Source: Candidatus Bathyarchaeota archaeon (GTDB lineage Archaea > Thermoproteota > Bathyarchaeia > Bathyarchaeales > Bathycorpusculaceae). From it: 64,000 nucleotides of DNA. Location: contig CAWGYA010000002.1 of the NCBI GenBank assembly GCA_963826715.1, positions 128,001-192,000 on the forward strand. The letters run 5' to 3'. The notes under the pieces were generated by a model. That model was given only the letters and a program-made list of their open reading frames with translations. It was not told where the DNA came from and made no database searches. This document shows positions 40,627-49,798 of this stretch, one piece after another; position 1 is the first letter of the stretch, and every line of letters starts with the position of its first letter. A program made the translations under genes and the position numbers.

Positions 40627-41073
40627 TTAGAATGGTCTCATGCCCCAAATGCGGTAAGCTTCATACCAAAAAATGCTGCAGACTATAGCGCCAAAGAGGA
40701 TGATGAAGACGTTGTCACGTGTGAAACTGTGAACCATCAACCCCAAATAGAGGGCATAAAACATCGTAGAGAATAGGGCGTAGAAGAAGTACCGTGGAAA
40801 CAGTAACTTTCCTAATTTGACATAGTGCCGAAGTACGCCGATTTTAACTTCGCCAACTAGCACATAATGCCCCCCGATATCTTGTTTCTCAACCAATCCT
40901 AATTCACGTAGTTGCTCAAGATGGTGGAAAGCAATGCTTGGACTGCTGAAATGAAGGGCTCGTTGGACTTCGCGAACACCTGCGGGGGCACCGTTTTTTA
41001 AAAGATACCAATATACTTTCCAAGCCTTACCGCGTAGAGCATATTCGAGTTCAGTTTCAGTGTTCCGGTTCAA
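40627..41073 (-). CDS. Winged-helix DNA-binding protein with two C-terminal TM helices
   Basis: GVREVQRALHFSSPSIAFHHLEQLRELGLVEK; two hydrophobic helices at the C-terminus. Confidence 0.85.
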   Translation of the reverse strand: MNRNTETELEYALRGKAWKVYWYLLKNGAPAGVREVQRALHFSSPSIAFHHLEQLRELGLVEKQDIGGHYVLVGEVKIGVLRHYVKLGKLLFPRYFFYALFSTMFYALYLGLMVHSFTRDNVFIILFGAIVCSIFWYEAYRIWGMRPF

Positions 41074-41253
41074 GCTGCGTGTGCCTCAGGTTAGATAATC
41101 TATTTAGGGACCATATAAGTCCAATTGTTAGAACAGTTTGTTCGTATAACATTTCAGTAAAGGATAAAATAATCTAAGCAAACAAAATCAACATATCTAA
41201 AATACAATACTTATAAGTAATAAGCTATACTATATTAGCTTGAGTTAATTATT

Positions 41254-41868
41254 ATGACTGAGCGAAAAGAACCAACTGTAAAGACTGAATCCACAAACAG
41301 TGATGAACTAAGAAAATTCGGAAATGAAATGTATGAAGAATCAGCAAGTGCAGTAAGACATGTAGGCGCACGTGTAGTGCTCTCTATTGGAGCTGCTATA
41401 CTCATATGGCTTGCAGGAAGGCTAATCTTTGTTCCAATGGCTCAAGGACTAACACAGGAACTATTAGGTTACCCGATAGCGCAAATAATTAGTGCAATAA
41501 TTGCAGTGGCTTTGGCAGTCATTATCTTTGGTGTTTTCATTGATATACGAAGACTGACAAGTGGTTTATCTGGAATTTTAGCGTATCACTTCGGTAAAGC
41601 CAGTGGTGAAGTACAAAAGGCAGAAGTAAGTAACTACCGAGTAGCCATCGAAGGCGTCTTATACGTAATTGTTGTGTCAGTGACATATCTGCTATTCGTG
41701 GATTATCTTGCGACGATCCATCCTGCAATTCCAGCAGTTCTGTTGATACTTATTGTGATTTGGGCAATATTTGCTCTCTATAGAAGCACCAGAGCTTTGG
41801 CAAATATTATTGGTAAATACACCTCTAAAGCCGCTGATGAACTTGGGAAACAGTCTAAAAAACAATAA
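41254..41868 (+). CDS. Hypothetical 4-TM membrane protein (paralog A)
   Basis: Four TMs; similar to the downstream ORF. Confidence 0.75.
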   Translation: MTERKEPTVKTESTNSDELRKFGNEMYEESASAVRHVGARVVLSIGAAILIWLAGRLIFVPMAQGLTQELLGYPIAQIISAIIAVALAVIIFGVFIDIRRLTSGLSGILAYHFGKASGEVQKAEVSNYRVAIEGVLYVIVVSVTYLLFVDYLATIHPAIPAVLLILIVIWAIFALYRSTRALANIIGKYTSKAADELGKQSKKQ

Positions 41869-41917
41869 ATCCCTTTATTTTTTTATAATCAAAAGAATCC
41901 TTTAGGAGCATACTTTA

Positions 41918-42412
41918 ATGGTGACAGTTGAAGAAATAACAAATATTAAACAAACCCTCAAAGAACAGGGTCCGAAGACATTTTCTTCGCTGTTATCTGC
42001 TATAATTATTTGGTTATTTAGTGTACTTGTTTTCATACCAATAGCTTCATCAATAGGAAAGAACGTTGAATTAGTGATTGTTTTGATAACTCTTAGTGCT
42101 TTTTCAGCTATTATTTTGATTAGTTTGAGGGGGGTTAAGAATTTGCTTGATGTAGTCTCAGTAATTCCTGCGAGAAAATACTTTGTCAATAAAGGACTTT
42201 CATTAGAATCTGCGATTTCCGTTTCAAAACTATTTTTGTATGTACCGTGGATTTTATTGGTCTATTTGCTTTATTTTCCCTACTTGGCACTTCTACACCC
42301 TGCAATTAAAGGTATAGTCCTAATCTTTGTGATCATATCACTATTTCTAATAGCACTAAATATTGCAAGTATATCAAAGAATATAATAACTGACTGGATC
42401 TATTCCGCATAA
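41918..42412 (+). CDS. Hypothetical 4-TM membrane protein (paralog B)
   Basis: AIIIWLFSVLVFIP and YLALLHPAI match the upstream ORF's AILIWLAGRLIFVP and YLATIHPAI. Confidence 0.75.
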   Translation: MVTVEEITNIKQTLKEQGPKTFSSLLSAIIIWLFSVLVFIPIASSIGKNVELVIVLITLSAFSAIILISLRGVKNLLDVVSVIPARKYFVNKGLSLESAISVSKLFLYVPWILLVYLLYFPYLALLHPAIKGIVLIFVIISLFLIALNIASISKNIITDWIYSA

Positions 42413-42660
42413 ATCTCAGTGAATTCAACATTGCTATAAGAATATGGAATTTTAAAATTTTAAAGTTTAATATTTTAGTAAACTATTAAAGACGTTATTA
42501 GAGTTTCAAGGCTGATATTCGCCCCAAGGCTAAACATAATATTGCTTTGTCTAACCCGCGCGTGATAACTTAATCTGCACATACGCACCCATTTTCTAAA
42601 CGCCCTTCCTCTATGGAAGGGAGGGGGATGGCATACGATTAAAACGACTTTTCGCCTTCA

Positions 42661-43230
42661 TCAGAGGGCGGTCGGAAGCCCTTTGCCGATGGCGTAAACC
42701 TGCTGGTTGTAGGTGTCTTGAGTTGCGATGATACTGTCTCTGAGAATTGCGCGTCCACCCCAGCGTGACTGTCGGAATGCACCATCAATCCTCCAGACTA
42801 CTTCGCCTGAAGTTGCGTTTAGACATATAAACAGTGCACCTCGTGGTCGTGGGTTGTTGGCTGAGTGTTCAAGGTGTCCAAAGTATGTATAGTCGTCAGT
42901 GACAAACACTGGGCGTAGCCACCAGTTATTTGAGAATTGTTCTTCAGTATATGGGTCTTCTGCAGCGTAGGACCAAAAGCTTTTGCCGTCTGTAACGTCA
43001 TAGCAGTTGATTATTCCGCTGATGCTTGTTGAGTAGAATTTGCCGTTGGCAATAATTCTTGCAACGCTTAAGCTGTCAGCCCATGCGTTTAAGTAAGGTT
43101 CAGGTGCTGTTTCCCATAAGAATTTACCTACCTGTTTCAAGACTAAAGCCGTAATGTACGCGGTTTTCTTTGCCGAAAAGAACTGCAACGTTGTCTTGTT
43201 CAAAATATAAAACCTTGCAAATAAAAACAT
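42661..43230 (-). pseudogene. Fragment of a PQQ-like beta-propeller repeat surface protein
   Basis: INCYDVTDGKSFW, ICLNATSGEVVW, VYAIGKG repeats; no signal peptide or anchor, and the N-terminal ~35 codons look non-homologous. Confidence 0.7.
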
Positions 43231-43467
43231 ATCAAACTAATTTCTTTACAAACAGAAATAAACTTCCTACAATAATAATTGCAAACCAATCTAAATAATA
43301 ATATTTTAAATTAAACATTATTTAACTATTTTAGTTATAAAAATACAAAATCAATTCAGTAATATGAATTAATATTAACCATTATCCCATCACATTAGGT
43401 AAAACCAATACTTTAAAAAGAATATTTGATTCCTTTCAAGAACTAATCAAGAGTCAAAAAACTGAGT

Positions 43468-43599
43468 TTAGTGTCCTGAATGGGTGAAGAGGATAAGCAT
43501 GCCACATTTGGGACATTTATGGTACAATATTTTGCCGTTACTTTCGCAGTGAGGTTTCATTTCAACGTAGCATTCCGGACAAAGACGTTTTGGATCCAT
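43468..43599 (-). CDS. CPxCG-type zinc-finger microprotein (43 aa), not in ORF track
   Basis: Manual translation: MDPKRLCPECYVEMKPHCESNGKILYHKCPKCGMLILFTHSGH*. Confidence 0.75.
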   Translation of the reverse strand: MDPKRLCPECYVEMKPHCESNGKILYHKCPKCGMLILFTHSGH

Positions 43600-43967
43600 T
43601 CTTCTTCAAGAAATCATTCTTTTTCTGCCGATATAACCCTTACTGGAAAAACAAGCAAAATGCAGCACTTTCTAGCACGTTCAACTAGTTATCTAAAGTC
43701 ATAATTAGCATGTTGAAGTCAAATGGCAGAATCTTACTATCGGCTAAAATTGAGCTTTTGACGGTGGTTGGCAAATGAGAGTTAGTTCATTAAAATAAGA
43801 ACGGTTAATAATGTCTATAAAAGCACAGGTAACAAGAAAACCAAATGAGGAGAGAAACCTTATTTGGCTCTCAATAACCGATTCCTTGGATACATTTTTC
43901 AATAAAGCAGTTTTTAACAAGAAACAAACACAAAATAAATCTTCAAAAGAAAAAGAAGAGGGGAAGT

Positions 43968-44612
43968 TTAGGTTTTGGTTTTTGAATTGCCTGGCATCCC
44001 TGGAGGTAGGTCTGGGAAGTTAGCACTAACACGTTGTTCTGCAATTGTTGCTGCTTCTGAAAGAATTTTTGATGCATCTTCGTTTACATTGTCGAAGTTA
44101 AGTGACATACCGCTTGTAGTACCTGCTTCAAACATCATGCCGCTTAGCATGTTTCCAATATCGCCAAGTTCACCCTCTGCCTCTGGCATAACTCCACCCA
44201 ATCCGCTGCTAACGCTGCGTAAAACACCTATACATGGTCCCAGCATAGCACAGACATCTCCGAGTTCAGAAACAGTTCGTATTCTAAGTGAAACCTGATC
44301 CAGGGCTAGTCGTGCGTTCATTATCAGTCGACTCATTTTTCGGAGTTCAGCAAGTTCAGTAGCGTAGATGTTCGCGTGCGCTTGGTCGTGCTCTGTGTAA
44401 GCTTTGACAAGTTTGGCGAAGAGTTCTTTATCTTTTTGTGTAAAACGTTCGTTTGATTGATCAAGTTTGTTGATTTGCAGATCAAGTTGTCTAACTGCAA
44501 AATCTAAGCGTGGTTTAAGTGGTGCAGGCGATTGAATTGTATTTTTTAAGGCGCCCAGCATTGATTCGCCTTGTTTTGGGGCTTCCCATTTTTTAGCAAA
44601 ACGTTCAGACAT
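43968..44612 (-). CDS. ESCRT-III / Snf7 family protein (CdvB-like)
   Basis: Helical Snf7 pattern (ANIYATELAELRK, ARLALDQVSLRIRTVSELGD, EDASKILSEA); MIM2-like FPDLP at the C-terminus; ATG 44612 follows GAGG. Confidence 0.9.
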   Translation of the reverse strand: MSERFAKKWEAPKQGESMLGALKNTIQSPAPLKPRLDFAVRQLDLQINKLDQSNERFTQKDKELFAKLVKAYTEHDQAHANIYATELAELRKMSRLIMNARLALDQVSLRIRTVSELGDVCAMLGPCIGVLRSVSSGLGGVMPEAEGELGDIGNMLSGMMFEAGTTSGMSLNFDNVNEDASKILSEAATIAEQRVSANFPDLPPGMPGNSKTKT

Positions 44613-44722
44613 GTTAACATCCTCTTGAGAAGCGATACGTTGGCTGAGGCTTTTAATTGTTGCTAACATGCAGATATATACATAAAAATTTCAAAACCAA
44701 AAATTGACTTACACCCTCAACG

Positions 44723-45589
44723 TTAAAGGATTCCTCCGACTATGAAAGCAATTAAAGCAATCATCATCCCATATTTCCAAACACGACGTGCTTTCTTAGG
44801 GCTTTTAAAAAGCAGCGGTAACGAACTCAAGAAAACCGCATCAGCCACAAGAACTACTACAAAATAGCCTAAACCTAACAACTGCAATGGCCAATACGCA
44901 ATAATGCTTAAGACAACGGCTATCAGCAACAACACCAATGCAATGGCATTAGCGTTTTTGACACCGATTATTTTTGGCAGACTCTTCTGATTTGAATCTC
45001 CCCGAATATCCTCGACATCTTTTACAACTTCACGTGCAGTTATCGACAGGAATGCCGCTGCGGACATAAACAAAACAGGACCAATGTTGCCGACAATTAC
45101 TCCACCGTAGATAAACGCTAAAACCGCCTGAAGCCCTATGAAAATATTTCCAAAAACCTTGACTTTCTTCTTAAGGGTCAAATCATAAATTAACTCCAAT
45201 AGCAAAGCTGCCAAAACCACAATGAATGAGAGATAGCCAACCAACAAAGCCGCCATCAACCCCAAAACCAATGAAACGGCAAAAAGTAATCCTGAATAAA
45301 CCAAAGCGCCTTGAGAGCTTATTCTACCAGAAGGAATTGGACGCTCGGGATGATTAATTTGGTCTGTTTCGCTATCGAAGTAGTCATTTAATGTGTTGCT
45401 AGCACTAGTAAAGAGGAATCCAACGGCGAACGCTAGAACAGCAGAAAACCAAAAATCTGTTATGCCATTTCCTGAAGCGACGAAGATTGCAGCGAAAATC
45501 GCGACTGCACCTAGCATAGAGGTGAATGGTCGACCTAAAGAAAACAATGCATGCGCTTTAGCGACTGGGTTGTTTTTATTAGAACTCAT
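44723..45589 (-). CDS. UbiA family prenyltransferase, DGGGP synthase-like
   Basis: NTLNDYFDSETDQINHPERPIPSG and REVVKDVEDIRGD Asp-rich motifs; about 8 TM. Confidence 0.9.
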   Translation of the reverse strand: MSSNKNNPVAKAHALFSLGRPFTSMLGAVAIFAAIFVASGNGITDFWFSAVLAFAVGFLFTSASNTLNDYFDSETDQINHPERPIPSGRISSQGALVYSGLLFAVSLVLGLMAALLVGYLSFIVVLAALLLELIYDLTLKKKVKVFGNIFIGLQAVLAFIYGGVIVGNIGPVLFMSAAAFLSITAREVVKDVEDIRGDSNQKSLPKIIGVKNANAIALVLLLIAVVLSIIAYWPLQLLGLGYFVVVLVADAVFLSSLPLLFKSPKKARRVWKYGMMIALIAFIVGGIL

Positions 45590-46556
45590 AGGTTTCGGGT
45601 CCAGACGTACCTGCAATCACGGCTCTCTTGGATTTTAGAGGATACTTGGATCCCTCTATGAGTTGGTTTTTCTTGAATAGTTGTCTGTGAACAAAATAGA
45701 GGTCTTCTTCACGTTGTTTCCTAATTTGCTCTTTTTCGCCTGTTCCATAGCATTTAAGGTACTGTGTGCCAGAATTCAATGCCTTTGACCTCACTGCAAG
45801 TGCGATAAGAGTTAGCAACTGTTGATTTGACCATGTGGTTCCTGCGGAGCCCTGTTGGATATACATTAAGCTACTGAAATCAGAGCGGCAAGGCGGCAGC
45901 ATCATACCAGTGGGAAACTGAAATTTTGTGTGCCTAACAGTTACATCTATGTTGGGTAATTCACTGAAAATTTTAGGGTGCTTAATTGCCCAATCCAAGG
46001 AATAATTGATGAGAAAAACAGCGCAGAAAGATGTATTTTGCTCTGTTTTCTTTTCCAACTCTTTAAGCTGTTTTGCAAAGTTTCCTATGTGACCCGATGG
46101 CTCAAGGCTCTCCCCTAAATCACCTAAAAAGCGGAGTCTTATTTTGTATTGGTCTGCGTATTTTTCATAGATGGGAAAGAGATTTTTGAGACCAAAAAAG
46201 ATATCAGCATAATTTTCTCGATTTTTATGCTTCTCTTCGATGACGTTGATATAGCAGGCTGGCATGCCCAAGACCCGAAGCATATGTATTATTCTTAGGC
46301 AAAAAATGCCACCATCGAAGTAGGCATCTTGACCCTTCTGAGCTGTGGAGGTACGCATGCCATCAGTCATTTCATAGATGACTGTGCGGAATGTTTCGTC
46401 GTTAACGTTATTTAAGTCAAGAGAACTGCAGAGTTCACGAAAACTGCTTTTGATTGTTTTCTCGGACGGCAAATCGAATTCAGGTTGCAATAGATTCCCT
46501 CTTGAGATGCTAGTAAGGGATAATATGCGCTTAAATATAATACTTGCTTTGAACAT
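45579..46556 (-). CDS. Divergent cis-prenyltransferase-fold protein (Rv3378c-like)
   Basis: VIYEMTDGMRT (cf. IMDGNRR), IRLRFLGDL, LEKKTEQNTSF..FLINYS, PNIDVTVRHT (cf. PDLLIRTS). Confidence 0.65.
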   Translation of the reverse strand: MFKASIIFKRILSLTSISRGNLLQPEFDLPSEKTIKSSFRELCSSLDLNNVNDETFRTVIYEMTDGMRTSTAQKGQDAYFDGGIFCLRIIHMLRVLGMPACYINVIEEKHKNRENYADIFFGLKNLFPIYEKYADQYKIRLRFLGDLGESLEPSGHIGNFAKQLKELEKKTEQNTSFCAVFLINYSLDWAIKHPKIFSELPNIDVTVRHTKFQFPTGMMLPPCRSDFSSLMYIQQGSAGTTWSNQQLLTLIALAVRSKALNSGTQYLKCYGTGEKEQIRKQREEDLYFVHRQLFKKNQLIEGSKYPLKSKRAVIAGTSGPETYEF

Positions 46557-46693
46557 GGCCTTGTTAGCCGCTGATACAATTCAAAAGAACATTTCTCAAA
46601 AAATAAAACTGCTAACGTAACAGATTTAGAGCACGCCTACTAGACAGCAAATGATTTTTATTAACTATTAAATGTTAATTAAGCGAGAGCAAA

Positions 46694-47116
46694 ATGACAA
46701 GCAAACCCATTCCAAATTCATCAAAACTGAAAAAACAAAAAGCAGTTCGGGCTCTATTGATGGTTTCAGGAACAATCGCACTTATACTGGGCGCCATCGG
46801 AATTTTTCTGCCCATCCTGCCTACGACGCCTTTTTTGCTGCTTGCCGCCGCTTGCTATTTAAGAAGTTCAGAGCGCATGCACAAGTGGCTTCTTAGAAAC
46901 CGTTGGTTTGGGGAATACATAAAAAATTATCAGGCTGGTCGAGGGATTCCAATGAAAAGCAAGATTATAGCTTTGACTACGCTCTGGCTTGCGATACTTT
47001 ACTCGACATTTTTTGTGATCGATGAGGTTTTTATTGCTCAAATTGTGCTCTTGATTATCGCGGCTGGAGTTAGCGTTCATTTGATTAGGTTGCCAACTTT
47101 TAGGAAGAAAATATAG
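46694..47116 (+). CDS. YbaN (DUF454) family membrane protein
   Basis: GIFLPILPTTPFLLLAAACYLRSSER. Confidence 0.95.
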   Translation: MTSKPIPNSSKLKKQKAVRALLMVSGTIALILGAIGIFLPILPTTPFLLLAAACYLRSSERMHKWLLRNRWFGEYIKNYQAGRGIPMKSKIIALTTLWLAILYSTFFVIDEVFIAQIVLLIIAAGVSVHLIRLPTFRKKI

Positions 47117-47193
47117 AAAACTCTTTTGTTACACAAAAAGACCTATGAGAAACATTAAAAGCATTAGCACACAACCTATCAACACATTAAAAG

Positions 47194-48504
47194 TTGTTGG
47201 TGAAATGCTTGAGTGATAATTACGCTCCTCTCGTTGGCGACAATTATGCTCCAGATAAAATCCGAGTTATCATTCCTGTCGGTGGAAAAGCCACGCGACT
47301 TCTACCGTTAACAGCGGAAACCAGCAAAGCCTGCCTTCGTCTGCTTAACAGACCTCTGGTAGAATTTTCACTTCTTTCTCTAGCAAACCAAGGGATACGT
47401 AACTTTATTTTTGGGGTTAAAGGCTACACAAACTATCGAGACCTCTATGATTATTTTGAGTCAGGATACGGATTCTCAGCACGCTACAACATTAAACCAC
47501 GTATTCATATCAAGTATCAACCCAACTTCCCTGATTTAGGCAGCGCAGATTCCGCACGTATAAACATGGAATACTACGAAGTTAATAACCCAGTTCTTGC
47601 GGTTCAGGGCGACAACATATTCGACTTAAAAATCAAAAATTTATTAGACTTCCATAAAGAAAAATGCGCCTGTTTAACAATCGTGCTACGTGAAGTAGAT
47701 AACGTAGAGGGGTTAGGCATAGCAGATATCGATAAGAGTAACCGCATTCAACGTTTCGTTGAAAAACCCCTCCCTGAGGATGCCCCCAGCAACCTGGCCA
47801 ATACGGGGTTGTATGTTGTTTCACCTGAAGTGAAAAAGATTTTCAAGGAAAAAGGTGTGCAACAGATCATTAAAGAGAAAAAGAGATTAGATTTTGGATA
47901 TGACTTCATCCCCTACGTCATTGAGACGGGACGCCCTGTGTATGGTTATACACTTAAAGGTAGCTGGTTTGATGTGGGGACACCTAAGAGTTATTTGGAA
48001 GCTATGAAAAACCTGCTACATGGTGGCTTCTCAACCCTAGACGATTTCGGTGGCAGGTTAAGTGGCGATAGCCTGATTTGGGTACAAGGTGACAGCAATG
48101 ATTCTGAGAAACGGCGGCAAGAGATTATCTGCAAGATTAAACAAAAAAAAATAGAGATAGAGGGTGCGGTATTAATTGGTCGTCACTGCGAGATTGAGGA
48201 TGGCGCGCGCATCGCAAACAGCTGTATTGACAATTTCACGCGGATAGGGAAAAATGCTGTCATCAGTAACTCGGCAATCATGGATCGGGTAATCGTGGAC
48301 GAGAATGCGGAGGTACATGACAGCATCATTGGGCGACATGTTACTGTGAAGTCCAGCAGCCATAAACCGACTAAAATCTCGGCTGTAAGCGTTATAGCAG
48401 ACGATGTAACGCTTGAAGAAGGCTGCTCACTCGTGGCCTCAAAAGTATATCCACATCAGCGCATTCAAGGCGATTTTCAAAACCAAACAATAATTGCAAA
48501 CTAA
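47194..48504 (+). CDS. NDP-sugar pyrophosphorylase (nucleotidyltransferase with left-handed beta-helix)
   Basis: GGKATRLLPLT, FVEKP, ANTGLY, WFDVGTP, hexapeptide-like repeats. Confidence 0.9.
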   Translation: MLVKCLSDNYAPLVGDNYAPDKIRVIIPVGGKATRLLPLTAETSKACLRLLNRPLVEFSLLSLANQGIRNFIFGVKGYTNYRDLYDYFESGYGFSARYNIKPRIHIKYQPNFPDLGSADSARINMEYYEVNNPVLAVQGDNIFDLKIKNLLDFHKEKCACLTIVLREVDNVEGLGIADIDKSNRIQRFVEKPLPEDAPSNLANTGLYVVSPEVKKIFKEKGVQQIIKEKKRLDFGYDFIPYVIETGRPVYGYTLKGSWFDVGTPKSYLEAMKNLLHGGFSTLDDFGGRLSGDSLIWVQGDSNDSEKRRQEIICKIKQKKIEIEGAVLIGRHCEIEDGARIANSCIDNFTRIGKNAVISNSAIMDRVIVDENAEVHDSIIGRHVTVKSSSHKPTKISAVSVIADDVTLEEGCSLVASKVYPHQRIQGDFQNQTIIAN

Positions 48505-49055
48505 GCCTTAAACCACTTGAACATCATATACTGAATTTTCTTTGTCTTCAAATCAGGCACCGCGATTATAAACCGCTTGCGCACAGTCGTTGCTAACCGC
48601 CCGTTCTTCACTATTTCCGTGGCGGAGATGTCGCTACCTGCTCTTTTGACGGTAACCATATAGGGAGCATGCTCCATACCGGGACCGTACTTGTAGACAG
48701 CAAAATCACAGCCGAATTTTATGCCCGGTGTAACAATCAACCCGCTATCACGCAGGTTATGGTAAACCAAATATTTCTCTTCAAATTCATCATAGAGTTG
48801 CATGGCTTTATGCCTTAACTCTTTGAGGCTAACTTTAGCATCGTTAGATGTTTTGCATATTTCGATTTTATCTATTTCGGCTAAGTAAAGCCCTTCCATC
48901 AGATCTAACACCAGCGGCACATCAAACTCGGGTATTTTGGGTTTTGGAATACCGACAGGTTTACCGTAGTATGCGTTTTTGTAAAGTTCAGAGCCTTCAC
49001 TGGAGTTCCAAACAATGAGAAAGTTTTCGATAAGTTCAACTTTAATTTTAACCAT
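48501..49055 (-). CDS. endA: tRNA-intron endonuclease, catalytic subunit
   Basis: GIKFGCDFAVY, GPGMEHAPY, RLATTVRK (Y/H/K triad); YGKPVGIPKPK loop like crenarchaeal (alpha-beta)2 enzymes. Confidence 0.92.
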   Translation of the reverse strand: MVKIKVELIENFLIVWNSSEGSELYKNAYYGKPVGIPKPKIPEFDVPLVLDLMEGLYLAEIDKIEICKTSNDAKVSLKELRHKAMQLYDEFEEKYLVYHNLRDSGLIVTPGIKFGCDFAVYKYGPGMEHAPYMVTVKRAGSDISATEIVKNGRLATTVRKRFIIAVPDLKTKKIQYMMFKWFKA

Positions 49056-49064
49056 TCATGGCGC

Positions 49065-49745
49065 CTACATGATGAATGAAAGCATCCGTGCGGCGTCTGC
49101 AGCGTCCTCTGCTTTGTCTGCTGAATTTTCCAATAGCTGCAAAACATCGCGTAGCAGCAACATAGCAGGAACGTCGATTTTACTGGCTAAGGTTTTTATG
49201 GTTAAGGCTCGATATTGGTCGTCAACTATGCGTTCCGCGATTTCAACGTCTTTTGCACGCTCAAGTGTTTTTTGGGAACCGTAGTTGAGAACCATCATTG
49301 TTTCGCGGAGTTTAAGAACTGAATCCAGAACCGCTAATGACAACTTGAGTAGATCTTTTTTTATGTCAGGGGGAACAGTCCAGTTGTGCTCCATTATTTC
49401 AACAAGATAGTATGCGATGCCCTCTGAGAAATCAGCGATTTCGCTTGAAAGATTCGTGAACCGAAGGAAGTCCTCTCTGGAGTAAAGGATAGCACCGATT
49501 TCAGCTAGTTCCTGGCTGACCATGCGTCGAGCTTTTACGACTTCTTCCTCCCCTGCTTTAATTTCGCTGAAGAGCTTCTGCACGTTGTCTTTATCTCCAC
49601 TTCCAAAGAATTCAACGAGTTGAGGGATTTTTCTAGTCACGTCAACTACTTTTCGCAGGTTATCTTGGCAAGCGTCTAGTGCTCTACGTTTCACGCGCTC
49701 TTCTGTTTCTGATGGAAGTACCAAATATTTCCCCCGCTTTAACAT
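49065..49745 (-). CDS. DUF47 / PhoU-like protein
   Basis: All-helical; REDFLRF...IAD, ERIVDDQYR, LENSADKAEDAAD. Confidence 0.85.
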   Translation of the reverse strand: MLKRGKYLVLPSETEERVKRRALDACQDNLRKVVDVTRKIPQLVEFFGSGDKDNVQKLFSEIKAGEEEVVKARRMVSQELAEIGAILYSREDFLRFTNLSSEIADFSEGIAYYLVEIMEHNWTVPPDIKKDLLKLSLAVLDSVLKLRETMMVLNYGSQKTLERAKDVEIAERIVDDQYRALTIKTLASKIDVPAMLLLRDVLQLLENSADKAEDAADAARMLSFIM

Positions 49746-49798
49746 TCCCTGATTTATATTAATTAGTTTAACACGTGTCTATTAAAAAAGGTAGCTAC

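Noticed and set aside
43480-43704. 74-aa + strand ORF
   Set aside because: The opposite strand carries a more convincing zinc-finger ORF.
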